From the NCBI GenBank assembly GCA_964187785.1, contig OZ076409.1:31808001-31872000 (forward strand): a DNA stretch of 64,000 nt, in the 5' to 3' direction. The notes under the pieces are model-generated. The model did not search any database. It was given only the letters and a program-made list of their open reading frames with translations, and was not told the DNA's origin. This document shows, piece after piece, positions 13,257 to 24,091 of the stretch (positions are counted from its first letter, which is position 1; each line of letters starts with the position of its first letter). The DNA comes from Amphiscolops sp. MND2022. Taxonomy: Eukaryota. Both the position numbers and the translations under genes were made by a program.

Positions 13257-14492
13257 ATGGAAAAAAGCACGCGATTGTTATTGGTGCTTCAAATCTTTGT
13301 AGAATCATTAAGGATTCATCTCATTATAAACATATTCAAATTCTCGCTGAAAGTGGCGGTCGTCATGAATACTCCTCCTCCTCCTCCTCCTCCTCCTCCT
13401 TCTCCTCCTCCTTCTCCTCCTCCTCCTCCTCCTCCTCCTCCTCCTCCTCCTCCTCCTCCTCCTCCTCCTCCTCCTCCTCCTCCTCCTCCTCCTCCTCCTC
13501 CTCCTCCTCCTCCTCCTCCTCCTCCTCCTCCTCCTCCTCCTCCTCCTCCTCCTCCTCCTCCTCCTCCTCCTCCTCCTCCTCCTCCTCCTCCTCCTCCTCC
13601 TCCTCCTCCTCCTCCTCCTCCTCCTCCTCCTCCTCCTCCTCCTCCTCCTCCTCCTCCTCCTCCTCCTCCTCCTCCTCCTCCTCCTCCTCCTCCTCCTCCT
13701 CCTCCTCCTCCTCCTCCTCCTCCTCCTCCTCCTCCTCCTCCTCCTCCTCCTCCTCCTCCTCCTCCTCCTCCTCCTCCTCCTCCTCCTCCTCCTCCTCCTC
13801 CTCCTCCTCCTCCTCCTCCTCCTCCTCCTCCTCCTCCTCCTCCTCCTCCTCCTCCTCCTCCTCCTCCTCCTCCTCCTCCTCCTCCTCCTCCTCCTCCTCC
13901 TCCTCCTCCTCCTCCTCCTCCTCTTCTAAACAAAACTTTTCAAAACCTACACTTGACTCCTTGTTGTTTCGAGCCCTTTGTCGACCAGGGTGTCAGTTCG
14001 TCTTTATCTTTCCCGACATTCTCTACAATTCGCTCACAATGCCACCAAGTTAGTGGTACTCTTTTGTTTTTTTTCGACCCTAACCCCAACCCTAACCCTA
14101 ACCCTGTTGCCCCGTAGCAACAAAATTGAGTTTTTTTTGCGATTAAAAAAGATAGTTGATTAGCAAACAATGTGTTTAAGGGAACAAAAGTGTTTCAACA
14201 CTGTCACCTAAAGACCTTACGGAAAAACTAATGCTCTGGAACAGAGTTTGCAAAACGAAAGGTGTCAAACTAGTGATTGGTCTGGCGAGACGTAATCAAC
14301 TTCTTCCCAATTCGAACAAAAAAAAGGGTCGATAAAGTTTTGCAGAAACAGCTCGAAAAGTGCAAATCTTTGAACGTGCACAAGATGCGTACCAGAGGTG
14401 TCGACATGACTGATCAATTTCACTACACTGAGCAGTTTTTGGAACGAACTTTGCTCGATGTTCTTCAATTGGCGTCTCCCAAAAACAACTAA
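13257..14492 (+). pseudogene. SGNH/GDSL-hydrolase-like (Oskar OSK-like) gene, copy 2; intron 14049-14180; poly-Ser insertion; homopolymer frameshifts
   Basis: Reconstructed: MEKKHAIVIGASNL...GG.(S)n...FIFPDILYNSLTMPP|RNKSVSTLSPKDLTEKLMLWNRVCKTKGVKLVIG...MTDQFHYTEQFLERTL. Motif order resembles SGNH blocks I, II, III and V (DxxH). Confidence 0.6.
13373..13924 (+). repeat. (TCC)n microsatellite, ~184 units
   Basis: Direct read. Confidence 0.98.
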
Positions 14493-15332
14493 TAGCTAAG
14501 TTGTAGTTTTCATCTAACATTCTTCGAGACTCAGTTTATGAATTTGAATCTAGTTTTGTATATAATCAATTACTACTTTGTTTAACGTTAAAACTGGAAC
14601 GTCAACGACCCCTCATCATGGAGAAAAATCAAAAAATCTGAAATGCGGTTTTAATATCATATTCTGGTTGGAATTAAAATTTAAACATAAATGCATGGTC
14701 TTGACTCACGGAAAAACTTAGTTTCAGTAATTTTTTTTCAATTTTAAAACTCGAAATTTCACTTGTCAATGACTATCGTAAACACGAATCGTGATATATA
14801 TCATTGGAAAGACGGAAAAAAACCCTCTTGAAAAATTATTTTCCGAAAGGGAAAAAATCCCCCCATGGGGCAAAATTTTTGAAAAACTCCAGTTTTACAA
14901 GAAACGCCGTTTTGATGCAAAATTTAGATTTGGGACGAAAAATTAGACGAATTTGATGTGCCCATGTCTAGGGTTCACTCAATATTTTCATTTGAATTTT
15001 TTTTGAAATATTTTTTGTTTTCATCTTTATTGACTGAGAACAGCAGTTAGAGTAGCTCTTGTTTACCACCCGACAACTATACAAGATTCACAATGATCAA
15101 CATAACATAGCAAATTCTGCCCTTTTTCCACACTGCAAAAAATTTTTGCATTAGAATGTATAATTTTTATAAACTTTTTTCCCATCAATTAAAAACACGC
15201 TTCAAGCAAGCAGCTCTCATCCATTCTGCTGGTCACTGCTGAAGCTCCTTCAACAGTAGAACTGATTGTTCTTTGCAGTAGTTTAACTTTATTGTTTTCA
15301 GAATAAATTTGTTGTTGTTGGAAACAGAAACA

Positions 15333-15935
15333 ATGATTTACGTATTCACACAACGTAATGACGTCGAACGTATATTTGCCTACATGACACATTTCGGAGC
15401 GTCGGCAATCCTAATAAAGGAAGTGAAAAACTCAGCAACAAATGATGAATGGAAAATTGTTGAGTCTTTTCTCCTACCGCTACATTTATTGCACTTAATT
15501 AGTGCTCAAAGTACAGTTGATACGGCAATAAAAATGCTCAGATCGAACGACGACGACGACGAGCAAGAGGAAGAAGGAGAAAAAGACACTGACGACCAAA
15601 GTGTTTTTGACTTGACAGCTCCTAGTCCGCCACAACTGCCCCGTCAATACTCTGTTGATTTGATGTTGGAAACGTATGACTGGAAAGAAATGGAATGCAC
15701 ACATCCAGGTTGTTTGAGTCTGGAATTGAGAAGAGAGTTCAATTGTTCGGAAAACACGCTAGTGCCCATTACGGAGAATCAATTGGAAACACAAGAATAC
15801 GAAGAATCCTTACGATCTTATTGGTGTGTATCCGATAATACAGATAGCAACGCAGAAACTACAGCATCGGCGGATGTCGACGACGACAAAAAATGTTGTC
15901 GCCAACCAAAAAAGAAAGAACTAAAGAAGGTATAG
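15333..15935 (+). CDS. Polinton hypothetical protein (acidic, C-terminal basic NLS-like PKKKELKKV)
   Basis: ~200-aa open frame from ATG 15333; no recognisable domain. Confidence 0.6.
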   Translation: MIYVFTQRNDVERIFAYMTHFGASAILIKEVKNSATNDEWKIVESFLLPLHLLHLISAQSTVDTAIKMLRSNDDDDEQEEEGEKDTDDQSVFDLTAPSPPQLPRQYSVDLMLETYDWKEMECTHPGCLSLELRREFNCSENTLVPITENQLETQEYEESLRSYWCVSDNTDSNAETTASADVDDDKKCCRQPKKKELKKV

Positions 15936-15976
15936 CTGATGATTGGCTCCAGCAGCAGCAGCAGCAGCAGTGAAGA

Positions 15977-16873
15977 TGAATGAATGAGTGAGTGACTCTC
16001 ATTCAATCAAATTCTGTGTTTCCTATCCAGTTCCCTAAAAAATGACTTTGTCAACAACTCTATGTCAAATCCAATCAATTTGGGCAGAGGCAGTGAAAGG
16101 GAAGTTGCACTGACAGACATTTCGTTCCCAAACCGAGTATACAATGTCACCGACGGTGAATTCACACTAGGCTATATTCCTACACCGACTCTTCAACGAT
16201 ATCGTGTTGTTGTAAACAAACCTGATACTGTCAGCAAGGAACTTATAAATAGTTATCCAGATGTGCTCTTTTTGAATCAATATCGTTCTTTTAACATTCC
16301 AAAGGGTTGTTACACAGAAATTGGTCAAATTATTGACGCAATGAATTCTCAAATTGCTACTTTTACAAACATGGGGAGGACAATGACCTTTGCTTACGAG
16401 GAAACTTTGAACCTTTCATTCACGTTTGAAGGAACTACAGAAGGACAGAGCCGTGTATACTTCAAAATTCAAAGTGATGACTTGGCTCAAATTTTGGGAT
16501 TGGGAACGGATGCTGTGTACTGTGAAGCCAACCAAATCATTGCTCCCTACCCTTGTGATATCGCACGTTTTCACACAATTTTTGTATACAGTGATATTGT
16601 AGACTTTAGTAACAAAGGCAATTTGAAGAACCAACTTTTACGTGCCTTCACATTTCGTCAACGAACGAAAAATGAGGTTTTCATTGTCATATACCCTTAC
16701 GACAACCGATCCTTTTCCAATTTGCAGTATCGAAATGTTTGTTTGGATAATTTCAATAGTATACAGATTGAGATTCGAGATGTGAAGGGAAAATAATTCC
16801 CTTTACCAGTTTGGGTCTTGTAGTTTTAAATTTACATTTTCGCAAAAAACATGTGCCTGCAATTACTGATTGA
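15977..16873 (+). CDS. Minor capsid (penton-like) protein; frameshifts near both ends
   Basis: EVALTDISFP, IFVYSDIV, LQY...FNSIQIEIRD, then (shifted frame) IPFTSLG..VLNLHFR are typical Polinton mCP motifs. Core ORF 16062-16796; start approximate. Confidence 0.85.
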
Positions 16874-16905
16874 AAAAAAAACTTTCTCTACAAACAATTT
16901 TTTTT

Positions 16906-17331
16906 CTATGAAAGATTACAAAACAATTGATACAATTCAAAATCATTCGTTACTTTAGGTGTATTATCAAACAAATTCCATGCAAAATAAATACAATAGA
17001 GACCACACAAGGAATCGACCTGCTTTATTGAAGTGTTCAAAGGTAGAAATAATGTTGTTGTTGTTGTTGTCTTCTGTTCTGGCAGTCGGGTAAACAACAT
17101 TGGGTACTGATTCAAACTTGTTGCTTTCAGGGAATCTCCAAAATAGTGAAAACCGTTGGATAAGCGGATCAACGTTATCCAATGTCCCTCAACGTCTGTA
17201 GTGGTGTTTACCATTTGAAAAGTGTCGATTGGCATTGGGAAAATGGAAGTATTGGGGTCGAAGCAACCCAAGTATCGATATTTTAGTGCGGGAATTTTGG
17301 AAATAACTTGTAGCAAGGCTGCACTATCCAT
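16906..17331 (-). CDS. Adenain-like cysteine maturation protease
   Basis: VNT...GHW, FGDSL and Q..S.CGLYC give the H-D-Q-C catalytic pattern. Confidence 0.9.
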   Translation of the reverse strand: MDSAALLQVISKIPALKYRYLGCFDPNTSIFPMPIDTFQMVNTTTDVEGHWITLIRLSNGFHYFGDSLKATSLNQYPMLFTRLPEQKTTTTTTLFLPLNTSIKQVDSLCGLYCIYFAWNLFDNTPKVTNDFELYQLFCNLS

Positions 17332-18625
17332 GTTTGAACACTTTTCCTGTATGATCAATTTGAACTGTTGTAAATCGTTCTCCCAGCACAAACAGTTCCA
17401 AAGGCGTGCTAGTGTTGGTCGAAAATTCGAGTTCGATCTGTATTGGTGCTCCCACAATTTCGGGGTAGTAAATTTCTTGATTGCACTGTTGTGTGGAGGT
17501 AAGGTCGAAAACTAGATAGCAGTGATTTTCATAATTGTCCAACTTGATTAAGGGACCGTCTTGATCAAATTGGAGGTTTTGAATAGTCTTAAAGTACAGT
17601 TGAGTGTTGGAACTTGTGCTATATTCCACCACTGGTACACCATTCCGCAATACTCGCACTTTCTTCAAATTGTGTTTGTGGAATGCGAGCGGAGTGTCTG
17701 TCCAACGTCCAGTAAATTGATTGTTGGGACGCATGGCTAGTACCATGCGTCTAATGGGTTCTGCATTGAAAATGTCTTCACGAATAAAATGACTTTGGTC
17801 CCTTGGAATCACAAATGTCTTGTTGCGTACTTCACAATAGTTGTATCTAGCAGGCCACTTGAGTATAGATCGTTGTAAATTGACGTGATAGTTTTCTGCA
17901 ACAGTGTAGTAACGAGCAAAAATTGACACTCGTTCAATTTTTGGGGTGAAGGCAGGGTTGGTGACAGCACCTTGCAGCAAGTATTCGGGCTTGTTTCGTG
18001 TCAGTCGAATTCGCATAGAACAATTGGGAATGAGAAGTTGATCACAAGCCAGGAAATCCACCGCCAGTTTTCCATAAAATGTCTTTGAAGCGGAGCCTAA
18101 AGTCCATGTTTCTCGGTGGGCAAGCATATCACCGGTGGCGGGCTCAAAGTTGTAGCCTTGCCTAATGAGCTTTGTTGTGGCACAGCCCTGTGTGTGGGAC
18201 AGTTCCGTTTCAACAAAAGCTCTCTGTGCATACAAATTGTTGGACGTGTGTATAATTTCATTGTTTATTAAAATGTCACAATTGGAAAAGAAGGAGTGTA
18301 GAGTGTTGTTGATGAAGCTGATTTTGTCGGTTGCTTTAGCTACATTGTTGCCTCCAGCCAACTCCGTCTCCAAATTAGTATTGCCATTGGCGCCCTTTCC
18401 AAGTTTTGCCTCCAACTTCAATTGGACGCTTTGCAAATCCAAGTAAATGTTTCGATCAGTTGTGAGTACAAACTCAAAAACTGGTGCATCGTGTGCGGTG
18501 ACTGGCAACGTTTCTTGTTCAAAAGAATTGTCAAAAGACACAAGCACTTCTGGCTTAGAAAAAATGTCCAGACTAGAGTGGGTTGCCGGTTTAGGTATTA
18601 TGTGCGCCGCCGTCGTCGTTGTCAT
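17324..18625 (-). CDS. Major capsid protein (double jelly-roll, hexon-like)
   Basis: 433-aa intact ORF with SSLDIF, YLDL, NNTLHSFFS.CDI.IN, Y..RAFVET.L and LVFDLT motifs of Polinton MCP. Confidence 0.93.
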   Translation of the reverse strand: MTTTTAAHIIPKPATHSSLDIFSKPEVLVSFDNSFEQETLPVTAHDAPVFEFVLTTDRNIYLDLQSVQLKLEAKLGKGANGNTNLETELAGGNNVAKATDKISFINNTLHSFFSNCDILINNEIIHTSNNLYAQRAFVETELSHTQGCATTKLIRQGYNFEPATGDMLAHRETWTLGSASKTFYGKLAVDFLACDQLLIPNCSMRIRLTRNKPEYLLQGAVTNPAFTPKIERVSIFARYYTVAENYHVNLQRSILKWPARYNYCEVRNKTFVIPRDQSHFIREDIFNAEPIRRMVLAMRPNNQFTGRWTDTPLAFHKHNLKKVRVLRNGVPVVEYSTSSNTQLYFKTIQNLQFDQDGPLIKLDNYENHCYLVFDLTSTQQCNQEIYYPEIVGAPIQIELEFSTNTSTPLELFVLGERFTTVQIDHTGKVFKHG

Positions 18626-18658
18626 TGTTTTGAGAATACGGACGAATGTTTTTGACCG

Positions 18659-19123
18659 TCAAGGCAAGTTTTGGAAAATGTCAATCTTTCTGCGTTTTTG
18701 AGTCTTTTTCGTTGTTGTTGCTTTGCCTCCTGATGATTTTTTGCGGCCCTTGTTTGCTGTGCGACTGTTTTTGGTCTTGGAACTCTTTCCAACTGACTGT
18801 CGTTGTCTTTTCTTTTTTGCTGCAACAGTGCCCAATTGTTTCTTTAGTGTTTTCCCTGCTGCACGCTTTACTGCCTTTTTAATCCTTGAAGTTGTTGCTG
18901 GTTCACCACCACGACCAGTGACAACATCAAATACTTCGGACAACAAGATTAGAGCAAAATCTTTTCCCACTTTTTTGGCAGAGGGCAAAACGTACTTGGA
19001 CAAAAGTGGTAGTGCATGACGTGCAACTTTGAGGGCTAAAGAACCAATGCCACTTCCTCTTTGTCTAACGGGACCACGGTAATAATTGTTTAATGGGATT
19101 TGTTTGTGGAATGAACCACTCAT
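18659..19123 (-). CDS. Basic core protein (pVII-like; QRGxG family)
   Basis: YYRG..RQRGSGIGS, an amphipathic helix, and a Lys/Arg-rich tail ending DIF; sits upstream of MCP. Confidence 0.8.
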   Translation of the reverse strand: MSGSFHKQIPLNNYYRGPVRQRGSGIGSLALKVARHALPLLSKYVLPSAKKVGKDFALILLSEVFDVVTGRGGEPATTSRIKKAVKRAAGKTLKKQLGTVAAKKKRQRQSVGKSSKTKNSRTANKGRKKSSGGKATTTKKTQKRRKIDIFQNLP

Positions 19124-20117
19124 TGTCGATTAAAGCTAAAAAATGATTTGTGAAATGTATTCTTTTCACTTAAGTACTTTATAATCTCAGCTTCGTAAAA
19201 TTTGCCCTGAATTTCTTGGCCTTTTTCATCGCGCAAAATGTAAGAGGGTGGGTGAGTGGAGAATACTGTGGAAATTGAAAAAATTTCATTTGTAAACTGT
19301 TGTAGATATCCTTTTCTAAAGGGCACATTCTTTGAAGCAATGGGTACAAAGTCGCCCACCTTGTACTTGGCCTTTTTTTCTTTCATCACTGCAGACTTTT
19401 GTTTAAGTGCGATAAGTTTGAGCACATGCTTTTTCTCAACCTTTGACGGTGCCATACTAATTGATCGATTCACACGGTCATTGAGAGTTTTTACAAAGTC
19501 TGGCAACTTGTCAATATAGCGCCACATCCATTCCTCTTCGAGATACCGAACCATTTGGGCCTTCAAAGCTCTAATGGCACGCTCAGCAAATGCTGCTTTT
19601 GTACCGCTGAACGAATTATATTGGTGTATTCCAACAGTTTTGCAAAACTTGCGAAATTCTCCCTCAAACTCTCGACCTTGATCGGTCCAAATTTTGTTGG
19701 GATGTACTGTCGGGCATTTATTTAACATGGCAACTAGACCATCTTTCACAGCAACAGATGTCAGTCGCTTCAGTGGTTCCACCCTCAAGTAGCGTGACAA
19801 GACATCTACACAGACTAGTAAAAATTTTACACCATCATTTGGCATGGCAATTTTATCGACGTAAGCAACGTCCATGCACCAAATGTCGTTAATGTCGAAA
19901 GCAAGTGTCGTCAAACGGGAATAGGATCTAAACTGGGGAATGAAAAATTTTGTGTAGGAGTTTTTACCTTGCAAAAGGTCATCAACTTTTTTCACGGACA
20001 ATTTTGTAGCTTTTTGCAAATTTTGACGCGATCCATATGCTGAAAAGCCACTCTTCCAAGCCTTTTCCAACAACCTTTTTTCAAAATTGTTTCTTTTCGC
20101 CCTTGACTGAATACCAT
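19120..20117 (-). CDS. Retroviral-like (rve, DDE) integrase; start probably frameshifted
   Basis: WCMDV, VDVLSRY, TDQGREF, AERAIRALK, and C-terminal KVGDFV...GY...FT.EIF...GKFYE. Likely ATG at 20117 in an adjacent frame before an A-run. Confidence 0.93.
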
Positions 20118-20806
20118 TCTTTTCTTCCTCCTTCTTTCTTTTCCTTGCTGCTTGTTGCCTTGCTGCTGCTGCTACCTGCACCTTCGTCGACGCTTTCAAA
20201 GTCCTCTTCGTCATCGTCGGCGTCGTCGTCCGAGCCGACAAGAGGAGGAGGAGCTTTATTTTGTCTATTTCTTTGATGTTTCAACAGAGACTGATTTGCA
20301 ATCAAGTGTTCGGGGATTTTCACATTTTCAACAATGTCCAAAAATTGTCGTGTTACTGGACTACTTTTTGGAAAAGGGTTCTGTAATCTATATATAAATG
20401 TGCTGAGAGGAATGTCTGTGTCGGAATTTTCCAGCTTAATTGTACCTTCACTTGTCAATTCTATGTTTGGATTAGACAAAATTTTGTCGTACAACGAAGC
20501 GCTACGTCTTTGAGAAGTTTCGCTTCCACCCACATCCAACAAAATTGCCTCTTTTCGACGATCAATAGTCTTTGTTGTACTACTACTACTACTTGCAGGT
20601 ACGGTGCTAGCAGTGACCGTGGTGGTGGTAGGCGTGCTTACAACAGCACCAGCTCTCCTTTTAGCTCTGTCCAATGTAGGTAAAATTTTCGTCTTTTCCT
20701 CATTGGTCAATTTTGAATCGTACAATACTGTGCTGACAGGCCTACTCGATGCCAATTGACTCTTGTACTGTGAAAAAGGTATCAATACAAATTTTTTCAA
20801 TTCCAT
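20081..20806 (-). CDS. Polinton conserved hypothetical protein (KKFVLIP N-terminus)
   Basis: 241-aa ORF between the integrase and the pX-like gene; N-terminal motif recalled from other Mavericks. Confidence 0.65.
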   Translation of the reverse strand: MELKKFVLIPFSQYKSQLASSRPVSTVLYDSKLTNEEKTKILPTLDRAKRRAGAVVSTPTTTTVTASTVPASSSSSTTKTIDRRKEAILLDVGGSETSQRRSASLYDKILSNPNIELTSEGTIKLENSDTDIPLSTFIYRLQNPFPKSSPVTRQFLDIVENVKIPEHLIANQSLLKHQRNRQNKAPPPLVGSDDDADDDEEDFESVDEGAGSSSSKATSSKEKKEGGRKEWYSVKGEKKQF

Positions 20807-20811
20807 TACTA

Positions 20812-21117
20812 CTAACTTAAAAGGTTTTGAATAACATGCTCGATAATAACATCTAGCAACAAGAGTCCCTTTCGGGAAGTGAATATGGCCCGCTGTTCCG
20901 CAAGAGTTGCTTTGGTCGAAATGATTCGCCCAATTTGTGGCTTGAACTTTTCAATTTCTTTCCGCCTGATTCCGGGCACTACACCTTGCAAAATGTTTAC
21001 AACTGATTCTGCCAGAAACTCAATGAAATTGTCCTCACATCTTTTCAACATGTCCAACCGGTCGGCCAGTGAAAGACTCTTGAAATGCTGCAGCGTAATA
21101 ACTTGTTGTGTAGTCAT
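20812..21117 (-). CDS. Small pX/'gasderminX'-like adintovirus protein
   Basis: IEFLAESVVNILQGVVP ... RKGLLLLDVII pattern, located directly downstream of the ATPase. Confidence 0.6.
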   Translation of the reverse strand: MTTQQVITLQHFKSLSLADRLDMLKRCEDNFIEFLAESVVNILQGVVPGIRRKEIEKFKPQIGRIISTKATLAEQRAIFTSRKGLLLLDVIIEHVIQNLLS

Positions 21118-21767
21118 CGTCAATCTCTGTAATGCGGGCCTTTTCACTGGGTATATAGAAAACTGTTGGCTCCAAGTTTGTACAAAATCGTAAAAGATCC
21201 AATGTTTTGGGTGACAGATCAGTCATGAGAAATCCAAAAAGTTTGGATGTGGCATCCTTATAGCATAGAGGTAAAAATTTTTGCTTGCCCAACTGTTGCC
21301 CAAGTCGTTCAATTTGATTAATATCACGGGGAGATTGAAAAACCACAATATGAGTCAACTGCAACTCTACGTCTCTTCCAATGGGTGATTTATGAAATAA
21401 ATTATGCTTAATATACAAAACATGCAAGCCCAATTGTCTACCAGCGGTAGCAATCCGAGTGAAATCTTTAGATTTTAAAATTTCCTCTGAAAAGTCATCA
21501 AAAATTAGCAAGCGTTTTTTTCCGTCATGTGTTAATGATTGATTGATCAAATCAAAGTCTAGTCCTTGTATGAATTCAATTTCTTCAACATCTCGCTTCA
21601 ATTTTTCGTACGTTTCTTGATAATGTTGATAAAAAAATTACAGATTGGTACCTTGGTTGAAACACTGGCAAGGTTAAAAGTTTATACAAAAGAGTAGTCT
21701 TTCCAGAGCCGGATGGACCAACAAGAGACATAAACACATGGTTGTCAGTGGGAATGACCTTGTTCAT
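21035..21767 (-). CDS. FtsK/A32-like packaging ATPase; one frameshift in the A7 run at 21631-21637
   Basis: Walker A GPSGSGKT, Walker B LLIFDD, plus GRQ..L...YI.HNLF, SPRD and FGFLM.DL. Confidence 0.92.
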
Positions 21768-22027
21768 TTCAGTGTCGGATTGGGTAGAATAGATCCCAGT
21801 GCACTGGCCAGCGAGGCAATCCAAACCGGCTTGTCTTTATCGTTTGAAGATGATACAGAAAGTTTGAAAATACAAAATGAGATAACCATAAGAATGACAA
21901 GTAATTGACTGAAAAAGACACTTTCGGACCGTGGAATAGGCTTGCCGCAAATTGTCCAAGGCTTGCGTTCTTGGTTATTCTCATCGAAAACGAATTCTTG
22001 CACTGCAAGATCCGGCTGATCAGTCAT
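21764..22027 (-). CDS. Small two-helix membrane protein
   Basis: 87 aa with hydrophobic VFFSQLLVILMVISFCIF and VWIASLASALGSILP segments. Its stop overlaps the ATPase ATG. Confidence 0.7.
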   Translation of the reverse strand: MTDQPDLAVQEFVFDENNQERKPWTICGKPIPRSESVFFSQLLVILMVISFCIFKLSVSSSNDKDKPVWIASLASALGSILPNPTLK

Positions 22028-22056
22028 GCTGCAAATTTAACAAATGATGATGATAA

Positions 22057-22236
22057 TTACATGAGTATGAGTGCTGCATCGTTGCGCAGCGGGGAAGACT
22101 TTCGCGCCATTTCCGCAGTATCTTCTTTAATTTTATTGGCTAACCACTTGAGATAAAGCTTACTATTGATGGCCGCACATTTTTCATAATGATTGGGATA
22201 TTTGGCAAACTTGGAGCACAACGGCCTGTTCTCCTT

Positions 22237-22277
<41 letters not shown>

Positions 22278-22683
22278 TGTTGTTCTCCGTATTATTTATC
22301 AAATGGTGGATTGCAGAGGCGTCAGGGCAGCCCATGTCTTCCAAATTGTTAATTTTGAAATGGAAAAAACGAGAGAAAAAGTCACACTTTTGCACTCCTT
22401 TTGCATACTTCATGACTCCTGGTGGAATGAGGGTGTATACAGCGTTCCTCAGTTCCTTATAGTCAAGAGCGCCTTCATCCAACGGAACATTGAGAGTGTT
22501 GTTGTTGTTGTTGTTGTATTCCAGTTGTTCTTCACGGGTTAGATCTTTCCATGGTCTGGGAGGTTTGAATGATAAAGATACAGAGTGATACGGTGTGGTT
22601 ACACTAATTTCTTTAACTACGTCAACTTCTAAAAACTCCACATCCAAAACAAACGTAATAAAGTAGTTGAAATCAGTCATCAT
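22057..22683 (-). CDS. DEDD/DnaQ-like exonuclease-fold protein with poly-Asn and poly-Asp tracts
   Basis: VLDVEF...VKEI, FKPP, YAKG.QK, NLEDMGCP and CA..N pattern. Confidence 0.6.
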
Positions 22684-22744
22684 GCTAGCAAGCAACTAAA
22701 TTCTGTAAGAGTAAGAGAGGTAATGAAGCACTCAAAAAATTTGT

Positions 22745-23373
22745 TAGTGGTTATTGCTACTGACGCTGCTGCTGATTTCTGGGTTAGTCAAGGTTGCGAT
22801 TGGACGAAATAAACCAGTCTCTGTGATTGGACTTACTTCTTTAGGTATTCCATTTGGGTAGCTCTGAATCTCTTTGACAACGTTCAACAAATGAGATAGC
22901 TCCATTCAAGGAATGTCTATTGTTTGTTGCATTTTCCAGCGCTTTTGATGTTGAATAAAGAGTTTTAAGTAAAAGTAGGTTGCTTGAGGATAACGCTTGG
23001 AAGCTACTCTGACTACTCTCGATTTGTTTGAGATAAAGTCTTGAACATTAAAGATGAAGTCAAAATAGTCCATATCATTCTTGTGGTAGGGCATGCGAAC
23101 GTCTAGTGAAAAGTCGAAGACATTGACAACGTTGGTGTAAACGTCGTCCCAAGGAATTTTGTTTAATTCTTGAAACTTGAGAGTCAAATACTTTTGTGGT
23201 GTGTATTCTTTGGTCTCTTCATCTAACTTGAACAGTTGAATATTTGTATAGCTTTCTGAAGAGGACGGATAAGTTTTAACGGTAATTAAAAGGTAACGTT
23301 TTGTACTAACTTCAACTTTAAAACATTTCAACACTTTACAATCAACAGGGTTGATGACAGCAGTTGATGACAT
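22745..23373 (-). CDS. Tandem PC4-like ssDNA-binding protein (tentative); internal stop at 22906
   Basis: Two similar beta-rich units (STKRYLLITVKTY...IQLFK...LTLK.QEL and NKSRVVRVASKRY...LKLF...IDIP*MEL). The frame continues past the TGA. Confidence 0.45.
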
Positions 23374-23484
23374 GATGAAAATTTTTTTTTGTCAAAATTT
23401 TTTGAATCAGCAAATAACAACTGAACTGTAGGTAGTGAACAAAAGTAATGATTTGTATTTGCAAGGTAGGCTTGCAAAGGAAAA

Positions 23485-24087
23485 TTACTCGGTTATTGTG
23501 CTGATGTCATTTGTGGTGGTTGTGGAAATTTCAGATGAAGAATGTTGTTGCAAAATTTCCAATAGACGAGTCGCGACAACAATCTGCTTTTGAACAATAT
23601 TCATCAGCGACGCTATAGTGTGTTGTGGACCTCTGTTGGTTGTTGCTGGTGAGTGTCGTCTCCTTTTTTTCCGACCAATCCGTCTCCAAAGTAGACTCGT
23701 GACACATTCTTTGCTTCGATTTATACGATTGTGTTTGATAGCTAATAACAAAGGTTCCATGAGGAAGTTTCCTTGAACACAAACAAATTTTTCCGAAAGA
23801 ATAATGAAGAAATTGAAATAACTGTAGGGACAATTTACATTTTCAAAATCATAATTCAGATGCATCAACTTGTTTTGTATATTGTCAAAACCATAAAGCT
23901 TGATGTGATATTTGCACTGCTTATTTTTGTTACAAAACTTAGTTGTCTGATGTTTAGCCACAGCAAATTCAGGAGCTACCAGAAAACTTTGAAAATTGTT
24001 TGAATTTGTAGTAACAAACAGACACTTGTTTAGATTGAATTTCTCCCGAAAGAACGACGGCAAGTGCTGCTGCTGCTCTCTATTCAT
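23485..24087 (-). CDS. Polinton hypothetical protein (RRIGRKKRRR NLS-like)
   Basis: 200-aa ORF, head-to-head with pPolB. Confidence 0.55.
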   Translation of the reverse strand: MNREQQQHLPSFFREKFNLNKCLFVTTNSNNFQSFLVAPEFAVAKHQTTKFCNKNKQCKYHIKLYGFDNIQNKLMHLNYDFENVNCPYSYFNFFIILSEKFVCVQGNFLMEPLLLAIKHNRINRSKECVTSLLWRRIGRKKRRRHSPATTNRGPQHTIASLMNIVQKQIVVATRLLEILQQHSSSEISTTTTNDISTITE

Positions 24088-24091
24088 CACG

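Noticed and set aside
9125..14117. Poly-Pro and poly-Gly ORFs (9125-9706, 9166-9501, 13167-14117, 13316-13933) as formin/extensin-like or glycine-rich proteins
   Set aside because: They are alternative frames of the (TCC)n microsatellite; the flanking coding signal is in the Ser frame.
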